Source: Zygophlyctis sp. KS116 (Eukaryota > Fungi > Chytridiomycota). Taken from it: a stretch of DNA of 8,792 nt. The notes under the pieces are model-generated. The model had not been told where the DNA came from. It did no database searches and worked only from the letters and a program-made list of their open reading frames with translations. The position numbers were made by a program, and so were the translations under genes. Each line of letters begins with the position of its first letter. Position 1 is the stretch's first letter. Below are positions 1-6,442 of the stretch, piece by piece. The DNA is taken from positions 1 through 8,792 of the forward strand of contig BAAFSQ010000365.1 of assembly GCA_054661495.1 (NCBI GenBank). Direction: 5' to 3'.

Positions 1-124
1 TCGCTCATTTGAATGTATGTACAAGCAATTATTCTTGAATCATTATTGATTAAAATTATTTGATGTAATTAGTGCGTTCGAAAATGTAAAGCGGCTTTGT
101 CAAGCAACGCAAATCCAACTGACC

Positions 125-1000
125 ATGCGACCAGTTATACTGATTCCCATTTTTATCTGGCTCCTAAAAGGAGTGACCAGTTTTGAGGTTTTTCAGAGAT
201 CTAATATAGATGAAGCCACGTTGACAGTAATGAATATTGTTAGAGAGAATATCACACTAGTTATAGATAAAGGATTGGTGGATGTGTATTCTGTATTGTT
301 GCTGAATAACTCAAAGACTGCTTCAGAAGAACTTAGAACTAAAATGATTGACTTTAAAGAAACTCTTTTGAAACATTTGCAACACGATTTGTCCAACTCT
401 GCTAAGGAATTTTTCGATGACTCAAAAAAGGAAGAGTTGATTGATCTTGATGGATACGATTTCAGAGATCAAGTTCAGCTTAAATGGGAAAATACTCTAA
501 GTTCTGATCTAGAGAATCTCCAAGAGAAAATAATTCCAGCTTGGATTGTCAAATTTAAATATGTTTGGAAGGGATTAGAAAGAAAAATATTAGAAAAGGT
601 TGTTAAGTTCAAAAGATTCGTGCAAAATGCGTATCCTAAATCTTTTGCATCTTGTGGGAGAAGCAAATCAAAGAGATTTAAATCTGCTAATCTGCTTCAG
701 AAAGATTTCTTAATGATTGAAAATGATTCAAGTAGTTTAGTAGGATTAAAGAGTAATGATTTAATTATACCATTAACAGTACAATTCGCTGCTGTTTTTA
801 TGGCTGTATTGGGTTTTATAATCCTCCCATTTGGAGCTCCTATTTGGCTGTGTTTAATACTGGTAGTATTTGGAGAATTTCTAAATTTCTTAATCGGTGC
901 ATATCTTACCTTCCGGTCTAGCTTGACTATTACTTCAGGATCTGAAGAGCAGGATAAATATAAAGATCTTAATACACTACCAACTTTTAATAAAGATTAA
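125..1000 (+). CDS. Hypothetical secretory-pathway membrane protein (signal peptide, helical region, C-terminal two-TM hairpin), 291 aa
   Basis: Uninterrupted ATG..TAA ORF. Hydrophobic N-terminus MRPVILIPIFIWLLKGVTSF; charged helical middle; ~50-aa hydrophobic stretch LIIPLTV...LIGAYLTF broken by PFGAP. No family recognised. Confidence 0.8.
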   Translation: MRPVILIPIFIWLLKGVTSFEVFQRSNIDEATLTVMNIVRENITLVIDKGLVDVYSVLLLNNSKTASEELRTKMIDFKETLLKHLQHDLSNSAKEFFDDSKKEELIDLDGYDFRDQVQLKWENTLSSDLENLQEKIIPAWIVKFKYVWKGLERKILEKVVKFKRFVQNAYPKSFASCGRSKSKRFKSANLLQKDFLMIENDSSSLVGLKSNDLIIPLTVQFAAVFMAVLGFIILPFGAPIWLCLILVVFGEFLNFLIGAYLTFRSSLTITSGSEEQDKYKDLNTLPTFNKD

Positions 1001-1052
1001 TTCAAATCTTAATTTTTTAGAAAATCTCAAATTGAAACGCGCCCACCGTTTG

Positions 1053-1575
1053 ATGCTCAAAGAGATTCACGAGTACTTTATTGATTCTAATCCTTAGAGA
1101 CCTATTATGGAATACTCGCTCCTGGGATGATAAAATAAGAGAAATAATTATTTTTCTGTTTCTAATAGGACTATTAATACCAGCTAAACAGCATAAAAGT
1201 CTTGTAATTTTCTTATTTAGTGCAATAGCTTGTCTGCAGCATTTTTTACAATTGTTTTCTGGAACTGATTTAATCCCTTTATCATACATCAAATGGATAA
1301 TTTGTATACTTCCTATTGTAGGATTTTGGTATTCAGATAAATTTGTATCTTTTGCAGGTACATACTCTGCATGGTCTAAAACTGGAAAAACATTACCCAA
1401 AGACTGGATCAGTCATCATGAATTAAACGTGCTGATCTCTAGTATTTGTGTGTGGATCATGATTACATACTGTATCAGACTAATTACATATTTTTATGGG
1501 AATAGATATGATTCAGATGAAACACTGACTGAAGAAATACCATTTTTTAAGAATAAAACTGCCGATTTCGATTGA
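1053..1575 (+). CDS. Hypothetical multi-pass membrane protein, 165 aa; join(1053..1072,1098..1575)
   Basis: The track ORF 1081..1575 starts at TTG. Removing a 25-nt GTAC...CTAAT..TAG intron links ATG 1053 in frame (MLKEIHEDLLWNTRSWDDKIRE...). About four hydrophobic segments. No family recognised. Confidence 0.75.
1073..1097 (+). other. Spliceosomal mini-intron, 25 nt
   Basis: gtactttattgattctaatccttag; supplies the in-frame ATG exon. Confidence 0.75.
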
Positions 1576-1584
1576 GTTTTTTAA

Positions 1585-1592
1585 ATTCGCGT
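1585..1592. promoter_or_regulatory. Putative promoter element ATTCGCGT in the 23-nt spacer
   Basis: The identical 8-mer recurs at 3057..3064 in the next intergenic spacer. Confidence 0.5.
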
Positions 1593-1598
1593 CTCAAA

Positions 1599-3051
1599 AT
1601 GGACTCTAACAGCATGGCAGACAAACTAGCTCTTTGGAAGGTATGTCCATTCATGATAAAGCCAGGCAAACAAAAAGACTAAAACGTTTAATAATTATAT
1701 TCGTTCTAGTCAAACGCAACCACTAAGGCTTCGGACTAATCAGATTAAATCAGAACAAGGAACAAAAAAGGACCACAAGGAACAAAAGGATTCTGTTAAA
1801 GATACAGGAAAATGTGACATTGGTAAAAACAAGACTGAAAATGATAATATTACACGTCCATTGCCGCAAACAATCATACAGTCGGCTCTTTCGATTGTGG
1901 ATTCTCTAAAGTCTCCTTGCAATGTTATAACCACTCCAAATACAGCTAGAATAAAACCACTTCCAAGTCCACATTTGTTGATTTTGGAAACAGAAAAGTT
2001 AAACTCTGATCAAAACTCTAGTAAATTTACGCAGACCATTCAAGAAGAATTAGAGTCGGATTTGAATAGGTATAATGAAATGATGTCTTTATATCAAAAC
2101 AAAGTTGACGAAGCTCAAAATCTCTCTAATCAATTGTTAGTATCTCAAGAAAAGATTCAAGTAAGGTTTATACTCTTAATAAAAAGGGTGCATACGATTT
2201 AAGCAATTCTAAAGATGCAGAAATATCAAAACTTATTGAATCAAATGAAGAGTTGCAAGAAAAACTGATTTCATTAAAGAAGGCGTATGATAATTTAGAA
2301 ATTCAGGCAAATGAATGGCAGACAGATTTATCAAATTTACAATCTAATCTTTTGGAAGAATTAGAAGCCAAATCAAGCCTCAAAGAACAAATTGGGCAGT
2401 TATCTGTGGAAAAATCTCAATTGGAACTGGATTTAGCAGAGTTTGATCAGATTTTACAAGACATGAAAATGGTTGCTACAGAATCAGAAAGCAAAGATGA
2501 TGAAATTTTGAAATTGCAGATTCAGTTAGAAGACTCCCAAGAACAAATTTTAGCCTTGGAAGCTCAATTGTTTAAAAAGGAACAAGATTCATTTGAATCT
2601 AATCAAGAATTTCAAGATTTACAAGTAAGATTTGATATTTGCGTGTCTCAACTGGAATCCTTTAGCAAAGAGGTATAGTTTTTTTCTAATCTTTAGACTA
2701 TAAATCAATCAACTCAAACTAGGCAAATATATATGGAGTCAATTTTTACTCAAACCAATTCTGGGCAAAATCCTGACGAGATATCTAGGCATAATGCACT
2801 TTTAAGAATGAATAATTCCGTTTTGAATCAGCAATTGCAACAGGCTCAAAAGAATCATGAAATGAAAATTTTGGAAATGCAACAACAAATGGATAATGAA
2901 AATCAGTAATTTGTTTTAAAGTAATGATTTCAGGAAATGGCAAGATATTGAAATGTCTCAAGCTACAATGCATCGCAAACTCATTGATGCCCTTGAAAAG
3001 ACTGTCTCTAAAAACAAGGAACTTAAAAAGGAATTAGAAATGAAGAAGTAA
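1599..3051 (+). CDS. Hypothetical coiled-coil protein, 449 aa; join(1599..1640,1666..2160,2187..2672,2697..2905,2934..3051)
   Basis: Four 24-28-nt GTA..AG introns join ORFs 1861..2202, 2253..2678 and the flanking exons into one frame (MDSNSMADKLALWKANKK...KKELEMKK*). Disordered-looking N-terminus, then long E/Q/L/K heptad-rich sequence. Confidence 0.8.
1641..1665 (+). other. Spliceosomal mini-intron, 25 nt
   Basis: gtatgtccattcatgataaagccag; restores frame. Confidence 0.8.
2161..2186 (+). other. Spliceosomal mini-intron, 26 nt
   Basis: gtaaggtttatactcttaataaaaag; joins two coiled-coil ORFs; AAG acceptor. Confidence 0.85.
2673..2696 (+). other. Spliceosomal mini-intron, 24 nt
   Basis: gtatagtttttttctaatctttag; removes an in-frame TAG. 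Confidence 0.85.
2906..2933 (+). other. Spliceosomal mini-intron, 28 nt
   Basis: gtaatttgttttaaagtaatgatttcag; links to a final coiled-coil exon. Confidence 0.75.
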
Positions 3052-3056
3052 ATTAT

Positions 3057-3064
3057 ATTCGCGT
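3057..3064. promoter_or_regulatory. Putative promoter element ATTCGCGT in the 28-nt spacer
   Basis: Identical to 1585..1592; 15 nt before the TTC29 ATG. Confidence 0.5.
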
Positions 3065-3079
3065 ATTTTTAACTTCCGA

Positions 3080-4334
3080 ATGAGCTTCTCTGTGAGTTCT
3101 CTTTTACCAAAATTGAATACAAACGGAGTACCTCCCCTAAAAGATAATGCATCGGAAGAGTAAAAATCTTTTACTAAATTTAGGCAAATGTCATTAATGC
3201 AGAGAATTTGTGTAGACTTATTATCTCAAGGATTTGTCCGATCATTTGTAGATTTCTTTTACATGGGTAATTATTGTCTTTATCAATCATGCAGTTGTTG
3301 GAGACAAAAAGGTTGAAATTTCTTATACTCCCGAGTCTCTCTTGGAATTTAAAAATCTATTAATGAAAGTGGAAGAATCTCAACGTATTGGAAATCCACT
3401 TTCCATTTACGATTCAAGAAGAAATATGGCATCATATTTTGAAAATCTAAAATTACATGACGTTGCAGCTAGTTATTACAATGATGCATTGGATATTGCA
3501 TTAAAATCAGGAGCCACTCCATTAGTTGAAATGGAAGCAATGCTTAACCTGGGACGGGCATTGGAACAGCAAGGCAAGTTAAATCCAGCTCTTGATCTAT
3601 TTGAAAGATCTCGATCAATCGCACTTTCTAAAAATGATACTGAAAAAGAAGATTTAGCTTCTAAAGGGCTGATTAGTGTTTACCTGAAAATTGCAGAATC
3701 ACTAGAGAATAATTCAAATTATAATCAAGCTATTAAACATTACTTGCAATGTCAAACTATTCTACAAAAAAATGATCAAGCCTCTTTATTAGATATTGAA
3801 TTTAGACTAGGAAAAGCATATAAAGAAACCCATGATATTCCAACCGCAATTCAAGTAATCTCTAAAATTTTAAAAGTTTAGTATTTAGAGAAATTCTTGT
3901 CTGGGTCTCAAACTATCGGAGATAAGAAAAAGGAAGGATTAGCCCAAGCAACTTTGGCCTCTTGTTATGAAAAGTAATTCTAACATTTTAATCTTAGATC
4001 TGGAAATATCCAATTAGCAGCAAACTATCTAAAAAACTATATTGAAATGTCTGAATTAGATCCCAGTGCAAAACTATCCCAAGCTCACGCTTTAAATCAA
4101 TTAGGAATGCTCTATACAAAAATGGAACAATATCCAGTTTCTGTGAAATACTTCAAAAAGTTTTATGATTTATCTGTAGAGCTGGAGACTGAATCAGAAA
4201 AGAGCTTATTAAATGAAGCTGCAGTAAAACTAGGAATTTCTTCAGGAAATGCACAAATGAATTTATTTTTTGAACGTGTTGTAAAATCTCCAATTGATCC
4301 TGGACTGCTAGAGTGGAAATCTTCATATACTTGA
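3080..4334 (+). CDS. TTC29: Tetratricopeptide repeat protein 29-like (axonemal/flagellar TPR protein), 383 aa; join(3080..3159,3184..3266,3295..3854,3882..3973,3998..4334)
   Basis: Four mini-introns give a continuous frame. N-terminal ICVDLLSQGFVRSFVDFFYM, several TPR units (e.g. AMLNLGRALEQQGKLNPALDLFERS) and C-terminal AAVKLGISSGN...LLEWK resemble the TTC29 family as recalled from memory. Confidence 0.8.
3160..3183 (+). other. Spliceosomal mini-intron, 24 nt (TTC29)
   Basis: gtaaaaatcttttactaaatttag; removes an in-frame TAA. Confidence 0.75.
3267..3294 (+). other. Spliceosomal mini-intron, 28 nt (TTC29)
   Basis: gtaattattgtctttatcaatcatgcag; restores frame into ORF 3342. Confidence 0.85.
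3855..3881 (+). other. Spliceosomal mini-intron, 27 nt (TTC29)
   Basis: gtaatctctaaaattttaaaagtttag; splicing completes the TPR helix AIQYLEKFL. Confidence 0.9.
3974..3997 (+). other. Spliceosomal mini-intron, 24 nt (TTC29)
   Basis: gtaattctaacattttaatcttag; completes the TPR LASCYEKSGNIQLAANYL. Confidence 0.9.
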
Positions 4335-4462
4335 TCGGACATGAACAATATAATAAATCAATAAAACCTAATAATTTGGTTTAATATTTGAAAAATATAT
4401 CGGTATAAAAACCATTAAAGCTGACTCTTAAGCAAAATTTCCGACTTAAAAATCGGTAAAAA

Positions 4463-6247
4463 ATGGAAATTGACATTGAAGAGTTACTGGAAGCCCCCTT
4501 TAAAAATGAGTCTATAGAAACTTTAGACTCTCCTCTCAAGAGAGACTCTAGAGAAGAAGATGATGAGACTAAATTACTGTATTCTTTTGACATGAAAAAC
4601 TCAAACGAACAAGAGCCTACAAGACACAAGGATAGAGACATGGACTCTTTTAGAAGCTCAAGGAGAGAGTCGGAGGAAAGTTTGAAAGATGGGTCTTTGG
4701 AAAGGGATAAAAGAAGAAGATCGAGAGATAGAAAACATTCTCGTGAGAGAAGAAGGTCAAAAGATAGGACAAGAAGACGCTCAAGGTCCAGAAGACGCTC
4801 AAGCAGAAGAAGGTCTAGAGATGGATCAAGAAGAAGATCAAGAGAAAGGTCTCGTAGGTCTAGGTCTAGGTTGAAAAATTCACGAGACAGATCTAGAGAA
4901 TATAGAATTTCAGATAATAAACGAGCACATTCTAGAGATAGAAACTCTTTTCATCTTAAAAATGATGCGGATTTTAAAATTAATGGAGATTTGGACTTGT
5001 CTTTTGCGGATAAAAAGCCAAGAAGAGAGGATTATTCAGAATTAAATGAAAAGTAATTTTCTAGTGACTAATATAGTAGAGAACCCGATCCTTTAACAAT
5101 GAGCACTTTTGAAAGAGATAAGAGAACGGTTTTTGTTAAACAATTAGCCCAAAGACTCAAGAAATCTCAAATGATTGATCTTTTTAAACAAGCCGGCCGT
5201 GTGAGAGATGCTAGAATAGTTGTGGATAAAAATTCAAGACGGTCAAAAGGGTAATGCTTATGATTGTTGAATTCTAGGGTGGGTTATGTTGAATTTTTTG
5301 ACGAAGAGGCTGTAATAAATGCTCTGGCAATGTCCGGATCTAAATTATGTGGAATTCCAATAATCGTAGAACTAACTGAATCTGAAAAGAATAGAAGAGC
5401 TGAACTTGCCGCCTCTGCATATAAGGCCAAAGCAATTCCAACGGTACGATTTACTCGATTATTTGTAACAAACCTACATTCTACTATTTCTGAAGATTCT
5501 CTTCGAAAATTATTCGAACCCTTTGGACTGGTGGATGTTGTTGCTATTCAAAGAGATCCGGATTCCAACCGCTCTACTGGATCTGCTTTCATTGAATTTA
5601 GACGACCTTATGATGCTAAAATCGCCATGAACGATATGAATGGCTTTGAATTAATGGGCAAGTTTTTAAAAGTTAGCGCCATAACTGATGACAGGGATAT
5701 GCCAGCTGGTTTAGGAAAGGGAGGATTTCATCTTGATGATTCTGAGGCAGTGGGTATACGTCTAAACGCTAGAAAAAGAGCCGACCTTATGTCAAGATTG
5801 TCCAGAGAACCTATAGGTGCTCCATCAAAATCTTCCAAGTCAAAAGGGAATGCACCGCCGCCTCCCGCTCATAAGGCAGCTGCAATCCCAATGTCTACTA
5901 GATGTGTGCTATTAACCAATATGTTTGATCCAACTCTGTATTTTTTGATCTTAAAATAATATTTAGAGAAGAAGGGGAAAATTGGGACAAAGAAATACAG
6001 ATTGACGTCAAGGAAGAATGCGGAAAATTTGGAAATGTTCTTCATATTGCTGTAGAAAAAGACTCTCCAGGTCATGTTTATTTGAAATTTTCTGATGTTA
6101 AACAGGCCCAATCTGCTGTTGATGCGTTAAATGGTAGATTTTTCGCGGAGAAAGTTGTAAGATGCATTTTTTAACCATTAGATCACTGCGAACTTTGTTT
6201 CAGAGGCAGTTTATAACATGCAATTTCCTATAGCAGCTAAAATGTAG
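4463..6247 (+). CDS. RBM39: RBM39/RBM23 (CAPER/CC1, S. pombe Rsd1) family splicing factor: RS domain, RRM1, RRM2, linker, UHM; ~559 aa; join(4463..5052,5077..5250,5278..5937,5967..6156,6182..6247)
   Basis: N-terminal [12 protein letters not shown]; long RS region; spliced RRM1 [13 protein letters not shown]...[15 protein letters not shown]; RRM2 LFVTNL...[10 protein letters not shown]; linker LDDSE...RADLMSRL; [25 protein letters not shown]...LNGRFF..ITANFV. The intron 1 acceptor could be 5076 or 5079. Confidence 0.95.
4700..4900 (+). repeat. Low-complexity repeats encoding the RS domain of RBM39
   Basis: AGAAGACGCTCAAG at 4772 and 4790, tandem TAGGTC near 4855, many AGA/AGG/TCN codons. Confidence 0.6.
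5053..5076 (+). other. Spliceosomal mini-intron, 24 nt (or 27 nt to 5079) (RBM39)
   Basis: gtaattttctagtgactaatatag(tag); removes in-frame stops between the RS domain and RRM1. Confidence 0.8.
5251..5277 (+). other. Spliceosomal mini-intron, 27 nt (RBM39)
   Basis: gtaatgcttatgattgttgaattctag; splicing rebuilds the RNP1 motif KGVGYVEF exactly. Confidence 0.95.
5938..5966 (+). other. Spliceosomal mini-intron, 29 nt (RBM39)
   Basis: gtattttttgatcttaaaataatatttag; rebuilds the UHM sequence NMFDPTLEEGENWD. Confidence 0.93.
6157..6181 (+). other. Spliceosomal mini-intron, 25 nt (RBM39)
   Basis: gtaagatgcattttttaaccattag; rebuilds [14 protein letters not shown]. Confidence 0.93.
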
Positions 6248-6442
6248 ATATTGAATTTTTCATTTTAGCTTGAATAAAAAAGATTCATGCACCATAATCC
6301 AACGTTTGAGACAAATATTTTTAGGCTTTGGTTTATACTGATGAAGGTGAACTCAAGATTCTCAAAAATCAGCGCATCGCATTCAATAAATTTCATCATC
6401 TTAGGTCTAAAATATTCCGGATTAACAATTCCAGTAATCGCT

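Noticed and set aside
1001-1020. Orphan acceptor-like TTTTTTAG after the gene 1 stop (possible trans-splice site)
   Set aside because: No equivalent AG precedes the ATG in the 23- and 28-nt spacers, so it is likely chance in AT-rich DNA.
1329-1357. 29-nt GTATTC...TTGCAG candidate intron in gene 2
   Set aside because: Splicing would truncate the protein at ~1379 and leave an unexplained open, TM-encoding frame.
2625-2665. Strong GTAAGA donor inside the coiled-coil exon
   Set aside because: The next usable AG gives 41 nt, outside the size class and frameshifting; the unspliced frame is open.
193-2973. Minus-strand ORFs 193..396, 475..666, 1017..1400, 1740..1934 and 2785..2973
   Set aside because: They are antisense shadows of better-supported + strand genes, with no motifs.
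1861-5959. Fragmented ORFs read as pseudogenes, frameshifting, stop readthrough or an alternative genetic code
   Set aside because: Every break coincides with a 24-29-nt GTA..AG segment whose removal restores frame and conserved motifs.
4163-6111. ORFs 4163..4348(-), 4381..4641(-), 4689..4874(+) and 5869..6111(-)
   Set aside because: They overlap TTC29 or RBM39. The 4689 ORF is an alternate frame of the purine-rich RS repeats.
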